A DNA stretch of 64,000 bases from a virus. Under the pieces are notes generated by a model that was not told the DNA's origin, did not search any database, and saw only the letters and a list, made by a program, of their open reading frames with translations. Positions 1 to 11,589 of this stretch are shown here, piece by piece; position 1 is the first letter of the stretch; every line of letters begins with the position of its first letter. A program made the translations under genes and the position numbers. The stretch lies in IMG/VR virus record IMGVR_UViG_3300027244_000003. One strand, given 5' to 3'.

Positions 1-1
1 T

Positions 2-1951
2 AAATGGAATCAAGATGTATCAGTATTCGTTAGAATCATTCAAGGAAACCCAAACGATATCGTCGGTAAACTTGTTGATGTTGTAACAACTACTAAAATC
101 ATTCGTGTCTTAGTTGATCGTCGTCAGTATGTTGAGGTAGAAGTAGATCGTGCAATTCGAATCTCTGATGATGTTTATGAGTTTATCATAGATCGTCGTT
201 TCTTCGGTAATATTTCTGTCGGTGATAGATTACGTTATCGAGATGATGCCAATGGCATTTTCTTTAATGGTACGATCTTAACTACAACAGCTAGCCTTAT
301 AATTCAACAACCTGGAACTGGATTTAAAGTAGGTGATTTATATAATGTTAAAAACTTTGATGGTTATGGATCTATATTAAAAGTTTCAGGTGTAACATCA
401 ACAGGTGGTATGGCATCTGCTGTTTTTATTAAATATGGTATTGGATATACCACTGACTTTACTACTACAATTTCTTCTACAAGTGGTCAGGATGTAGCTG
501 GTACTGCAGGAACAATTATTCAGCGTGTAGATTCTATAGTTGGTGGGGTTAATACATTAAGTACATTAACCATATCAGAAGGTATGGATGGCTTCTCTGA
601 GAGTGGAACATTCAGTGTGGCAGACTATAACCAACAGGTACCAGCAGATTCTAACTATGCGACTGGACCAGCAATAGATGGAACTTATGCTGGTCTTGTT
701 GTTCGTGAATTTGGTATTAGTTCTGTAGATTCTCAAGCATCTACAACTGAACCAGCTATTCTTAAAGTTACTCTTGGACCACTTGCAAAATATCCAGGTT
801 ATTATATTAATAATGATGGATTCTTGGATGATGCAATTTATATCCAAGATAGTCGTTACTATCAATCATACTCTTATGTTATTAAGATTGATGAAGCATT
901 AGACAGTTACAAAACCGCTGTTAAGAATTTAATTCACCCCGCTGGTATGGCAATTTTCGGTGAATATGATATTCGAAATGAATTTAATGTCGGTATTACT
1001 TTGGAGTCTATGTTAAAGATTCTAAACGTAACTGTGAACGATTCGTTCATGCTTGGCGATACTACTGGAACATTATTCACTAGAACTGTCCCGTATTTAA
1101 ATTTATCAAAACCGATTGATGATACTACATTAAATTATGATAATTACGCTGATGGACATTCTGTAACTATAACAGAAATTGGATATGCGAGTGATTTAAC
1201 GAGAACACTTCCGTATCTTGATTTATCAAAACCAATTAATAGTACTACATTAAATTATGGTTTAGTCACAGAATCGCAGGATGTAACTCCAAGCGAACTT
1301 ACATCTACATATGCTGATGCTAGCACTCGTTTGGGTGCAAATATATTTGACTTCTCCAAGAGTTTAAGTCTTGGACACTTTATTAACAATGGAACTACGA
1401 CAGACGATGAATCTGTTATAATGACTGAAACTGGTTATACTGCAGATCTTGGTAGAACTCTACCAATTTTAAATGTTTCTAAGTTACTTTATAACAACAC
1501 ATTTAACTATGATAATGTATTAGACGATAATACAGCGACTATGACAGAAGTTGATTATGCTGGTATTCTAGGAACCAGACTTGGCATTTCAGCAATTGAT
1601 AGTAATAAAGTACTAAGTGCTGGACATTATTTACTTGATGGTTCATCTACAGATACTGAAACTGCCACTATGCTGGATACAGATGCCTCAAGCGCATCTG
1701 ACCTAAATAGAACAAACCCTGCATTCTCTTTAACAACTACCCTAAATAGTCAGTACTACATTGTTGGTACTGCTACATATGCTGGCGATAATAGTATTAC
1801 TTTACCCACTGGTGGTGAGAGTGGTGTTTTAGATCTTAACCCATATGCTGCAGGAGATTATTTCTTGCATGACGATGGTTTATACGTTGGAGTTCTATAT
1901 GTTGCAGGGCAAGGATACGGATATCAGACCTTTACTGGGGCTGGTGTATAA
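2..1951 (+). CDS. gp7: Baseplate wedge protein gp7-like (5' truncated by window)
   Basis: Frame is open from base 2 (KWNQDVSVF...) through the ORF-track start at 410. Contains IQDSRYYQSYSYVIK...LIHPAGMAIFGE, typical of T4-like gp7, and lies upstream of gp8. Confidence 0.7.
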   Translation, partial: KWNQDVSVFVRIIQGNPNDIVGKLVDVVTTTKIIRVLVDRRQYVEVEVDRAIRISDDVYEFIIDRRFFGNISVGDRLRYRDDANGIFFNGTILTTTASLIIQQPGTGFKVGDLYNVKNFDGYGSILKVSGVTSTGGMASAVFIKYGIGYTTDFTTTISSTSGQDVAGTAGTIIQRVDSIVGGVNTLSTLTISEGMDGFSESGTFSVADYNQQVPADSNYATGPAIDGTYAGLVVREFGISSVDSQASTTEPAILKVTLGPLAKYPGYYINNDGFLDDAIYIQDSRYYQSYSYVIKIDEALDSYKTAVKNLIHPAGMAIFGEYDIRNEFNVGITLESMLKILNVTVNDSFMLGDTTGTLFTRTVPYLNLSKPIDDTTLNYDNYADGHSVTITEIGYASDLTRTLPYLDLSKPINSTTLNYGLVTESQDVTPSELTSTYADASTRLGANIFDFSKSLSLGHFINNGTTTDDESVIMTETGYTADLGRTLPILNVSKLLYNNTFNYDNVLDDNTATMTEVDYAGILGTRLGISAIDSNKVLSAGHYLLDGSSTDTETATMLDTDASSASDLNRTNPAFSLTTTLNSQYYIVGTATYAGDNSITLPTGGESGVLDLNPYAAGDYFLHDDGLYVGVLYVAGQGYGYQTFTGAGV

Positions 1952-1975
1952 TAAATCACTCAATAGGAGATTCTT

Positions 1976-2443
1976 ATGAATTTAAACGAACAAGATATAA
2001 AAGCAACAGGACATGTAGAAATTGTTGTTACCGATAAACAAGGCAAGATTAAAGAAACACGTAGTGTAAAGAATCTCGTTATGACTGTTGGTAAAGCATA
2101 TATTGCACAACGTATGACTTCTGGTTCTACGCAGATTATGAACACAATGGCCATTGGTGTTGGAACTACAACCCCAGCTGCTACTCAGACTGCTTTGTCA
2201 TCTGAGGCTGGTCGTGTTGCGACTTCTTCTTTCTCTGCAGGTGGTACTTCTGGTAATGAAGTTACTGCGACTGCTACATTTCCAGCTGGTACTGGTACTG
2301 GATCTATTACTGAAGCGGGAATTTTTAACCCATCTTCAGCTGGTGCAGCTGCTGGTACTATGATGTGTCGTACAACCTTCCCAGTTGTTAGTAAAGCTGC
2401 TGGTGATTCTATCGCCATCACATGGAAAGTTACTGTATCCTAA
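1976..2443 (+). CDS. Putative virion structural protein (155 aa)
   Basis: AGGAGA RBS; NLVMTVG...ITEAGIFN pattern seen in phage tail-associated proteins; baseplate context. Confidence 0.6.
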   Translation: MNLNEQDIKATGHVEIVVTDKQGKIKETRSVKNLVMTVGKAYIAQRMTSGSTQIMNTMAIGVGTTTPAATQTALSSEAGRVATSSFSAGGTSGNEVTATATFPAGTGTGSITEAGIFNPSSAGAAAGTMMCRTTFPVVSKAAGDSIAITWKVTVS

Positions 2444-2458
2444 ACTAGGAAAATCTAA

Positions 2459-5035
2459 ATGGCATCACTACTGAAATCACCATTACACAATTCGATTGCA
2501 GAAGGGTTGTATAATGAACTTCAGAATCGTACATCACGATACTATTATTTCTTAGGAAAATCTCTCAGTTGGACAGATTCGGATACACCTCCACTGCCTA
2601 TTGATAGTTTTGACTATGAGTTACAAACACGTAACGAAATAATTACAATGAAGGAGATAAAGTCCACAGACGTGGCTTTCGTCATTCTACGCAGAGACTG
2701 GATTTCTGGTACAATCTATGATATGTATGATGATCAATATAGTGATGAACTGCAAGGTATTAATTTAATCTCTGGTGGATATGGTTATTCAGATACACCA
2801 AGTGTAACTATTACTGGTGGTGGTGGTACAGGTGCTACAGCAACAGCACAACTAACAGATGGATTCGTTACATCAATAATTTTATCTTCTCGTGGCAGAG
2901 GTTATACAACTGCTCCAACAGTTAATATTTTAGGTGGTGGTGGAGAAGGTGCTGCTGCACTTGGTGTTATCACTAAAGCACCTTCTGGAACTCAAAAATT
3001 AGAAGACACTAACTGTTATGTAATGACAGATGAATACAACGTATATAAATGTCTCGATAACAACAATAATGCGATTTCTACTTACAAACCAATTGGTACT
3101 GTTGTAGATCCTGTTATCATGCCAGACGGATATATGTGGAAATATTTGTATAGTATTCCAATTGCATTGCGCAATAAATTCTTGACTGATGTCTATATGC
3201 CTGTTGTTAATGCATTAAGATCTCAGTTTTATTCTGATGGCGAAATCCTAAACATAGTTGTTGAGAATGGTGGGCAGAATTATACCACAGCAAGCATTTC
3301 AGTTGCTGGTGATGGATATAGAGCATCAGATCCTCTATTACTAACTGGTGTTAATATAACTACTGGAGGTACTGGATATAGTGGTGGAGCCACATGTTTA
3401 ATGACTCCTCCTTTCAATGGTGCAAATAACTGGGTTGCTAACATAGGTATTCTTCTTGGACAATTGGTGGAGCATGATAATAACATTTATATTGCAACTC
3501 TTACTGGCACCACAGCAACTCCTGCCCCATCTCATAAATCTGGAATTGTTGCCAATGGAACTGCAGCACTAAAATATATTGGTTCAAGAGTAACTGGTAC
3601 ACCAATAGTTTCTAGTGGTGTAATAACTGGTGTTACTCTTAATGGTAGTATTTATGATATTACTATGGCGACTTCTGGATCAGGATATACATCTGCTCCA
3701 GCTGTAACATTAATTGGTGGAGGTGGTTCTGGATTTGTTGGTTCTTCAATTATGAGTGGTACTTCTGTACAAAGAGTATACATAACTAATTCTGGAATAA
3801 ATTTTACTAGCGTTCCAACTGTAAGATTTGGAACTTTATTTACAAATTCTACTGTATATACTGTTGGACAACAGGTATACTTTTCAACTAGATTATATAC
3901 TGTGACTGGTGCAGGAACATCCCATGCATCTACTACACCGAGCCACACTTCTGGAGCAGTTGTTAATGGAACTGCTACATTAACATATGTTGGCTCTCCT
4001 GCAACTGGTACTGCTACTCTAAAATATGGTGCTGGTTATTCTACACTACCATCTATATCGTTCTCTCCGATTTCAGGTGGGGCTGGTGGAACAGGTTATT
4101 TTGCAGGTATAAAATCTGAAGCCAAACTAATTCCTATATTAAACAATGGACAGATTTATGGTGTGCAGATTGACGATGGTGGTGTTGGATATACATATGC
4201 TAACTTAACTGTTACTGGTAATGGTACTCTTGCTTCTCTAACTGCAGATCTATCTCCAGGTGATATTAATACACTTCAAGCGAATACTGAATTGTTGACA
4301 CCTGATGGTCGTATTATGGCTTACCCAGTTATTTCTGGGGGTTTTGGATACGGTGGTGCTCCTACTGTTACTGTTACTGGTGATGGTACAGGGGCTAGTG
4401 CAACAGCTACTGTTGTAAATGGGGCTGTTAAAAAGTTAATTGTTGTTGATTATGGTACTGGTTATCGTTGGGCAAATGTTTCTATAACAGGTTCTGGATA
4501 TGGAGCATCAGCTAGAGCAGTTCGTGCGCCATATGGTGGCCATGGTAAAGATCCAATTACTGGTATGTTTGCCAATACATTGATGTTTTATACTAATATT
4601 TCTAAAGATAAAAATCAAGGATTTGATGTTAATAATGACTTCAGACAACTTGGTATAATTAAAAACCCCAGACAGTTTGGTTCTTATGGAAACCTAAAAA
4701 GTGCGCTAGCATCTGCATGCTATGTTGTAACTGCTTCTATGAACACTACATATTTTACACAAGATATGCAAGTAAGACTTGGTACTCTAACTGGACCAAG
4801 ATTTACAATTGTTGCACTAACAACAACTTCTTGTTTACTTCAATCTATAGATAATGCTGTTCCTGCTGTTGGGTCTGTATTTCTAAATTCTGTGGCACAA
4901 ACATTTAGTGCAGCTGGTGTCACTACTCCAACGGCAGATAAATACTCAGGACACATCTTGTTTATTGATAATAAACAAGCATTTACTCCTACAGCAGACC
5001 AGACTGTTACTTTGAGAACTGTTATAAAATTCTAA
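2459..5035 (+). CDS. gp8: Baseplate wedge protein gp8-like with inserted repeat domains
   Basis: YVMTDEYNVYKCLDNN and DGYMWKYLYSI motifs; C-terminal NDFRQLGIIKNP and DKYSGHILFIDN. Confidence 0.8.
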   Translation: MASLLKSPLHNSIAEGLYNELQNRTSRYYYFLGKSLSWTDSDTPPLPIDSFDYELQTRNEIITMKEIKSTDVAFVILRRDWISGTIYDMYDDQYSDELQGINLISGGYGYSDTPSVTITGGGGTGATATAQLTDGFVTSIILSSRGRGYTTAPTVNILGGGGEGAAALGVITKAPSGTQKLEDTNCYVMTDEYNVYKCLDNNNNAISTYKPIGTVVDPVIMPDGYMWKYLYSIPIALRNKFLTDVYMPVVNALRSQFYSDGEILNIVVENGGQNYTTASISVAGDGYRASDPLLLTGVNITTGGTGYSGGATCLMTPPFNGANNWVANIGILLGQLVEHDNNIYIATLTGTTATPAPSHKSGIVANGTAALKYIGSRVTGTPIVSSGVITGVTLNGSIYDITMATSGSGYTSAPAVTLIGGGGSGFVGSSIMSGTSVQRVYITNSGINFTSVPTVRFGTLFTNSTVYTVGQQVYFSTRLYTVTGAGTSHASTTPSHTSGAVVNGTATLTYVGSPATGTATLKYGAGYSTLPSISFSPISGGAGGTGYFAGIKSEAKLIPILNNGQIYGVQIDDGGVGYTYANLTVTGNGTLASLTADLSPGDINTLQANTELLTPDGRIMAYPVISGGFGYGGAPTVTVTGDGTGASATATVVNGAVKKLIVVDYGTGYRWANVSITGSGYGASARAVRAPYGGHGKDPITGMFANTLMFYTNISKDKNQGFDVNNDFRQLGIIKNPRQFGSYGNLKSALASACYVVTASMNTTYFTQDMQVRLGTLTGPRFTIVALTTTSCLLQSIDNAVPAVGSVFLNSVAQTFSAAGVTTPTADKYSGHILFIDNKQAFTPTADQTVTLRTVIKF

Positions 5036-5041
5036 TAAATA
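5035..5041 (+). promoter_or_regulatory. T4-type late promoter (ATAAATA)
   Basis: Intergenic TAAATA box about 30 nt upstream of the ATG at 5070; gp55 is present in the window. Confidence 0.55.
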
Positions 5042-5069
5042 ATAGTAACTAACATAAAGAAGAAAAAGA

Positions 5070-8000
5070 ATGCTAGATTTTAATACCGAACCGTATAATG
5101 ATGATTTCGATGAAGAAAAAAAATTCTATCGAATTTTGTTTCGCCCTTCTTTTGCTGTTCAGGCACGTGAACTAACACAACTCCAGACAATCCTTCAGAA
5201 TCAGATTACTCGCCATGGCGATAATATTTTCAAACAAGGTGCCATGGTTATACCTGGACAGGTATCTGCTGAAACTATTACTAATACTACAAAAGGTATT
5301 GATTATGTTAAACTACAGGCATTGTATAATGGTGTAGCCGTTGCTACATTTATTGATTCTTTGCAGGGTTTAGTTATCACAGGTTCAAGTGGATTAAAAG
5401 CACAGGTTATCAAGGCACAACGAGCAGAAGATACAGATCCAACAACTCTTTATGTTCGCTATTTAAATTCTGCAACTGATACTACGCAAAAAGTTTTTGC
5501 TGGTAATGAAGTTCTTCATACTGATACTGGTTTTTATTTTCAAGCACAAGCAAGTTCAGCTACAGGTAAAGGATCTTTGGCTACAATTGAGAGAGGTGTC
5601 TATTACATTAATGGACATTTTGTTCTTTGCGATACACAAGCAATTACACTAAACAAATATGACCCTTCTCCATCATATCGTGTTGGATTGAATGTATCAG
5701 AAAATATCACTACTGCAGAAGATGATGAAACTCTTTTAGATAATGCGCAGAATAGTTATAACTTTGCTGCTCCAGGTGCTCATCGTTACTTTATTGATTT
5801 AACACTATCTAAAAGATCTTTGGAGTCAACTGATGATCAGAACTTCGTAGAATTGATTCGTGTAACTGGTGGTGTTGTTAATACCATTGTTAAAGAAACT
5901 GCATATAATATAATCTATACTCAGATTCAAAATGAGATGGAAAGAAGAACATTCGATACTAATGGTGATTACACTGTTAATGGATGGTCTGTAGATGTTC
6001 GTGAATCACGTAATAATAATCGTGGAGCATGGGCTCAAAATAGTGCATATCTAATTAATGATATTGTTACATATGGTGGTTATACATATACTGCTAAAAA
6101 TAGTGCATCTTCAGTAACTACTCCTCCAACTCATAATTCTGGCTCAGCATATGATGGTGCAGGTAATAGCGGTGTTAACTGGCAATATGATGAAAATCCA
6201 GTATACAATCGTGGTATAAAATTAACTGGTAATGAAGGTGATCTTGCTATCGGTATTGATGCTGGAAGAGCATATGTTTCTGGAGCAGAACTTGAAAATC
6301 CTGCTACTGCATACATAACAGTACCAAAGGCTAGAGATTATGATCAAGCGATCGATTCTGTAATAACTCCAGTTGTTGGAAATTATGTTATTGTAACTAA
6401 CTTAAATTATGTACCAACTATCGATACAGGTACGTTAGTTAATATCTATGACGGTATCACTGGATCTTCTAATCGAGGTAATGCGTCAGCAGTTTCTAAT
6501 GCACAATTAATCGGAACTGCCCGTGCTCGTTTTATTGAGTGGCACAATATTCTTCCTTATGGATCTACTTCACAATATAAATTAGGTCTATGGGATATCC
6601 AGATGAAATCTGGATTTGATTTCAACAGAAATGCTAAGTCTTTCTATACTGTTGGCAGTGGTGTTGGGACTTCTTTCTCAGCCGACATACAACCAGCATT
6701 AGTTAATTTAACTGGTTCAGTTACTGCAGTTGCAACTAATACTGTAACTGGTGTTGGGACTTCTTTCCTAACAGATTTAAAAGTTGGTGATTACATCCTT
6801 ATTAACGATTCTCTGTATAGAAGAATCTCAGCCATTACTTCTCAAAATTCTTTAACAGTTGATAGCTCAATATCATCAGTGACTGGTGTAAAATATCAAC
6901 TAGTAACAACTGTTCTACAAGAAGCCATAGCAAATAATTTAGTGTTCCCTCTTGCATATAGTTCTGTTCGTTCTATGAGAACATCTGGCAATAGTGGAGT
7001 TAACAATTTAAACTATACAGCTTATGTTAAGTTTAATAGTGTAAATACTGCTACTACTACTCTTGCATTAAATACATCAGGTAATTTTGCTTCTGCTGCA
7101 GATAATGATAGTTATCTTGTAGTTAAAGATTCTGATGGATCTGTTGTGAACATCACAGCATCTAATATTAGTGGTACTGGTACTTCTAACGTAAGTATCA
7201 CTGTTCCGACATCTGGAACATATACTGTAATTGCTGCAGTTATTCGTTCTGGATCTGGTTTCGAAAAATCAAAAACACTAACACAAGTCACTGAAACATT
7301 CATTAGTGCTACTGCTGCTCAACAAGCATCAATCGTTCTAGATAAAGCAGATATATTCAGAATCATAAGCATTAAGATGGCTCCAGGAACTGCCTTTGAT
7401 AGCACTCCAGGATCTTATACTCAAGATATTTCAGAGAGATATTCTTTCGATAATGGTCAGCGTTTGACACATTATGATTATGGTAAATTAAATTTACTAC
7501 CATCTTATACTCAACCATCTAATCCAGTTCAAGTTGTATATGAATACTTTGAACATGGTGCTGGTGACTATTTTGATGTTAACTCTTATAGTGGTATTGA
7601 TTACAAACAGATTCCTGCCAATCTACGAGACTCTATTGATTTTAGACCAAGAGTTGCTAATAAAACAACTGGTAGTGGAGTGAAGAACTTTACTAGCACA
7701 GGCTCTTCTATGACTTCTATACCAAAACGTGGTGAATATGTCAAAGCAGATTACAGTTACTATCTTGCTAGAAAAGATAAAATTATTTTAGAGCCAACTG
7801 GTAAATTAGTTGATATACAAGGCGTTCCATCTACTGTTCCTGGAGAACCAGTAACACCAGCACTTGGAATGGTATTGTATAATCTATCTCTAGAACCATA
7901 TACTTTTGGTACTGCATCAACTAATGTGAGCGTTTCAAAAGTTGATAATAAACGCTACACAATGCGTGACATCGGTAAGTTAGAAAATAGAATTAATAAT

Positions 8001-11000
8001 TTAGAGTACTACACATCATTATCTCTGTTGGAATCAGAAACATCTAGTTTAAAAATTCCAGATAGTAATGGTATGGATAGAATGAAGAATGGTTTTGTTG
8101 TTGATAACTTCGGTAGCAGTGCTCTTGTAGCTGATCCAAAAACTTCTGATCTTAGCTGTTCTATTGATATGGGGGCTAACTTACTGCGCCCAGCGCACAC
8201 AATGCATAATGTAGATTTAATCGAACAAGCCTCTACTACTTCTGCAAGAACTAATGCTAATTATCAGCTAACTGGTGATATTATAACTTTACCTTATACT
8301 ACTACACCTCTGGTCACACAGGCATATGCGTCTAGACTAGAATATGTTAATCCATTTGCCATCTATACATTCTTAGGAAGTGTTCAGATAACCCCAGCAT
8401 CAGATGATTGGTTTGACACTGACAGAGTACCTGATCTTATTCAGCAGGTAGAGGGGAATTATAATTCTCTTAAGAATATGATAGATTTAAATAATGGTTG
8501 GCCAATTTATGGCGCATGGACTACAGATTGGTCTGGAACTCCTCAACATACTGTTACTACTAATAACTACATAAGTGGTAATCTTTTGATGGAAACAACT
8601 ACTGATTCATGGTCTCAGACTGGTATTAAGTCAAGAAATGGTACTAAAACTTCTATAGTAGCAAAAACAGATTATGAGTCAGTTGGTGACAGAACAGTAT
8701 CAACTTCTATCGTTCCTTATGTACGATCACGTTTTGTATTAGTTCAATCTAAACAATTAAAGCCATCTACTCGCTTTTATGCTTATTTTAATGAAGTTGA
8801 TATAAATTCATATTGTACTCCAACGACTAAACTGGTGTATACTCCAACAGGTTCTACTGAAATTCTAAAAGCAGCAAACCATAAACTTTGGAATACTTCA
8901 ACTAATGTCGGTGGATCTAGCACAGACATTAAAAGAAGAATCGGTACAGACGTACAAGTTTGTTTAACACGTGGTGACGTAATAACAAAATCAGACAATT
9001 CTGCATCAGCAGTAGTTGTTGGTAAATATTTAATACATAATGATGATGGTACTACATCTTATGCGCTTGATTTAGTTAATATTATCGGAACATTTAGTTC
9101 AGGTAATACATTTACTGGATCTATTAGTAATCAAACAGGAACTGTAGTTTCGGTAACAACTAATACTACATTAACTACAAATCAATCAGGTGAAGTAAAC
9201 TTCTTGTTTAATATACCAAATACTGAATCTGTTCGTTTCCGTACTGGTAAATCTACATTAAAACTAATGGATTCTGCAACTTCTACAGGAAATTATACTT
9301 CTCGTGGAATCGGCACTTATGAAGCCACTGGAACACTTCAAACTGTTCAAGGTATAGTTAATGCTGTTAGAAATTCTACTATTGTTCAAGAACAGATTAA
9401 TCCTCGTGCTGGTGATCCTAATACTTATGAGGTCGTTAATAGAAATGGTAGTTCTACTTCTACCAGAGTTATTGCTGATTTAACACCAGCATGGACAGAT
9501 CCACTTGCACAATCATTTTATGTAGAATCAAGAGGTGGTGCATTCTTAACAAGTATTGATTTATTCTTTGCAACTAAATCTGCAAATGTCCCAGTAACTG
9601 TACATATTCGTGAGATGGTCAACGGTAATCCGACACATCAGGTTCTTCCATTCAGTAGTGTAACTTTAAATCCAGATTTGGTTAATGCTCCTGTTTCTGG
9701 AACTACTGCAGAAGCATCAGGATATACATCTGTTGCTCTGCCTGATGGTAATTCTTATGCAGACTATAACACAGCAACGAAATTCACATTCGAATCTCCT
9801 GTCTTTGTAGAAGACAGTAAAGAGTATGCATTTGTTATTCAGTCTGATTCAAATGATTACAGAGTTTGGATTTCTAATATGGGTGATGTCATCCCAGGAA
9901 CAAGTAGAACTATTTCTGAACAACCATATGCTGGTGTAATGTTCAAATCTCAGAATGCTTCTACATGGACACCAGATCAAAATCAAGATATTAAATTTAC
10001 AATACATCGTGCTGTATTTGCTACAAATACGGTTGGTGCTATTGTTATGACGAATAATGTTTTACCTCATGACCAATTGAAAAATAACCCAATCCAAACT
10101 GTTACTGGATCTAATGTTATTAGAATTTGGCATCCTAATCATGGTATGTCTTCTGGTTCTAGTGTTCAACTTAGTGGATTGACTTCTAATATTAATGGAA
10201 TCCCAGTCGGTGAAATCAATACGACTAAAGTTATTGCTAACGTAGATGCTCATTGTTATACAATAACTACTAGCACAGTTGCTACTTCTACTGGTTATTC
10301 TGGTGGTAACTTACTAAAGGCTTCTAGAAATATTGCATATGATTTAATTAAACCAACTTTGCAGATGCAAACTTTCGGTGAATCATTAGCAAAATTCTCT
10401 ATGAAAACAACATCAGGAACATCACCTGATGGAGCACAAACATCATATGTTATAGATACTTCTTATTCTCCAGTTGTAGTTGATATTGACAACATTTGGG
10501 ACAAAACAAGAGTTGTTGCTTCTGAGGTTAATGAAAACACTTATATGAGTGGAGAAAAATCTCTACAATTGTTGTGTCAGATTTCTACTACAAACAATGC
10601 AGTTTCTCCTGTTATTGATACTGCTCGTTCTAGTGCAGTATTAGTTTCAAATAAATTAAATTATCCTACTGAATCTAATACAAATGTGGCTTCTTTAGAT
10701 ACAAAAATAATGTTTGCTGGAGCAGCTGGAACTATTACTGGTGTTCCAAATAGTGGTGTGGCAGTAGCAGTTACTGGTGGATCATATAACTATGCTATTA
10801 CTGGAACTCTATTAACTTTATCAGGCTCTCAATCCTTAACTCAAGGAACACAGTACTATTATGGAAATAAACTTTACCTATGTACTGTAGGAGGAACTGC
10901 TAGTGTCAGCGCACCTACTCACACATATGGTGTAGCAACAAATGGCACAGCAACTTTACAGTGGGTTGGAAGTGCATCTTCTATAACTTCTACTAATGCG

Positions 11001-11588
11001 ACTGTTAGAGGATTAATGGCTGGACTTGGAATTGGTAGATATCTAACTACTGGTGGTTCTTCAAACACAGCAAATAATAGTACATGGATAGTTACTGGCT
11101 ATGGTGATAATGGTACTACTGGAACTGTTTATGTAGATTCTGTTTCTGGGGCTGTATTCACTGCAGAGACAGTTACTTCTTCTGCAATTTATGTTGCAGT
11201 CAGAGAATTATTCTACGATGAAATCGCCCCACGTGGAGGAAGTTCGCTAAGTAAGTATGTAACAACACCTATTAAATTTGCGAATTCTTCTAGTTTCGTG
11301 AGAATTAAACTTGGAGCTAATTGCCCGAATGAGGCTGATATCAAAGTTTACTATAAGACTTGTCTGGGTGATAGCAAACAGTTAGATACTATTAGATATA
11401 CGCTAGCCTCCGCTGATAATAATGGAATAATTAAAGTCGACAATGGAAACTATGCATTCTCTGATGTAGACTATACTATGAACAATATGACACCATTCGA
11501 TACTATTGCGATTAAAATCGTTATGCAGTCCACTAATAGTTCTGCTACTCCAATCATCAAAGACTTTAGGGTTATTGCCTGCGCATAA
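5070..11588 (+). CDS. Large virion structural protein, DUF4815/VrlC-like (2172 aa)
   Basis: N-terminal FNTEPYNDDFD...RILFRPSFAVQARELTQLQTILQNQ, APGAHR, DNKRYTMRDIGKLENRI and DPLAQSF motifs, characteristic of this T4-like family that follows gp8. Confidence 0.8.
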   Translation: MLDFNTEPYNDDFDEEKKFYRILFRPSFAVQARELTQLQTILQNQITRHGDNIFKQGAMVIPGQVSAETITNTTKGIDYVKLQALYNGVAVATFIDSLQGLVITGSSGLKAQVIKAQRAEDTDPTTLYVRYLNSATDTTQKVFAGNEVLHTDTGFYFQAQASSATGKGSLATIERGVYYINGHFVLCDTQAITLNKYDPSPSYRVGLNVSENITTAEDDETLLDNAQNSYNFAAPGAHRYFIDLTLSKRSLESTDDQNFVELIRVTGGVVNTIVKETAYNIIYTQIQNEMERRTFDTNGDYTVNGWSVDVRESRNNNRGAWAQNSAYLINDIVTYGGYTYTAKNSASSVTTPPTHNSGSAYDGAGNSGVNWQYDENPVYNRGIKLTGNEGDLAIGIDAGRAYVSGAELENPATAYITVPKARDYDQAIDSVITPVVGNYVIVTNLNYVPTIDTGTLVNIYDGITGSSNRGNASAVSNAQLIGTARARFIEWHNILPYGSTSQYKLGLWDIQMKSGFDFNRNAKSFYTVGSGVGTSFSADIQPALVNLTGSVTAVATNTVTGVGTSFLTDLKVGDYILINDSLYRRISAITSQNSLTVDSSISSVTGVKYQLVTTVLQEAIANNLVFPLAYSSVRSMRTSGNSGVNNLNYTAYVKFNSVNTATTTLALNTSGNFASAADNDSYLVVKDSDGSVVNITASNISGTGTSNVSITVPTSGTYTVIAAVIRSGSGFEKSKTLTQVTETFISATAAQQASIVLDKADIFRIISIKMAPGTAFDSTPGSYTQDISERYSFDNGQRLTHYDYGKLNLLPSYTQPSNPVQVVYEYFEHGAGDYFDVNSYSGIDYKQIPANLRDSIDFRPRVANKTTGSGVKNFTSTGSSMTSIPKRGEYVKADYSYYLARKDKIILEPTGKLVDIQGVPSTVPGEPVTPALGMVLYNLSLEPYTFGTASTNVSVSKVDNKRYTMRDIGKLENRINNLEYYTSLSLLESETSSLKIPDSNGMDRMKNGFVVDNFGSSALVADPKTSDLSCSIDMGANLLRPAHTMHNVDLIEQASTTSARTNANYQLTGDIITLPYTTTPLVTQAYASRLEYVNPFAIYTFLGSVQITPASDDWFDTDRVPDLIQQVEGNYNSLKNMIDLNNGWPIYGAWTTDWSGTPQHTVTTNNYISGNLLMETTTDSWSQTGIKSRNGTKTSIVAKTDYESVGDRTVSTSIVPYVRSRFVLVQSKQLKPSTRFYAYFNEVDINSYCTPTTKLVYTPTGSTEILKAANHKLWNTSTNVGGSSTDIKRRIGTDVQVCLTRGDVITKSDNSASAVVVGKYLIHNDDGTTSYALDLVNIIGTFSSGNTFTGSISNQTGTVVSVTTNTTLTTNQSGEVNFLFNIPNTESVRFRTGKSTLKLMDSATSTGNYTSRGIGTYEATGTLQTVQGIVNAVRNSTIVQEQINPRAGDPNTYEVVNRNGSSTSTRVIADLTPAWTDPLAQSFYVESRGGAFLTSIDLFFATKSANVPVTVHIREMVNGNPTHQVLPFSSVTLNPDLVNAPVSGTTAEASGYTSVALPDGNSYADYNTATKFTFESPVFVEDSKEYAFVIQSDSNDYRVWISNMGDVIPGTSRTISEQPYAGVMFKSQNASTWTPDQNQDIKFTIHRAVFATNTVGAIVMTNNVLPHDQLKNNPIQTVTGSNVIRIWHPNHGMSSGSSVQLSGLTSNINGIPVGEINTTKVIANVDAHCYTITTSTVATSTGYSGGNLLKASRNIAYDLIKPTLQMQTFGESLAKFSMKTTSGTSPDGAQTSYVIDTSYSPVVVDIDNIWDKTRVVASEVNENTYMSGEKSLQLLCQISTTNNAVSPVIDTARSSAVLVSNKLNYPTESNTNVASLDTKIMFAGAAGTITGVPNSGVAVAVTGGSYNYAITGTLLTLSGSQSLTQGTQYYYGNKLYLCTVGGTASVSAPTHTYGVATNGTATLQWVGSASSITSTNATVRGLMAGLGIGRYLTTGGSSNTANNSTWIVTGYGDNGTTGTVYVDSVSGAVFTAETVTSSAIYVAVRELFYDEIAPRGGSSLSKYVTTPIKFANSSSFVRIKLGANCPNEADIKVYYKTCLGDSKQLDTIRYTLASADNNGIIKVDNGNYAFSDVDYTMNNMTPFDTIAIKIVMQSTNSSATPIIKDFRVIACA

Positions 11589-11589
11589 A

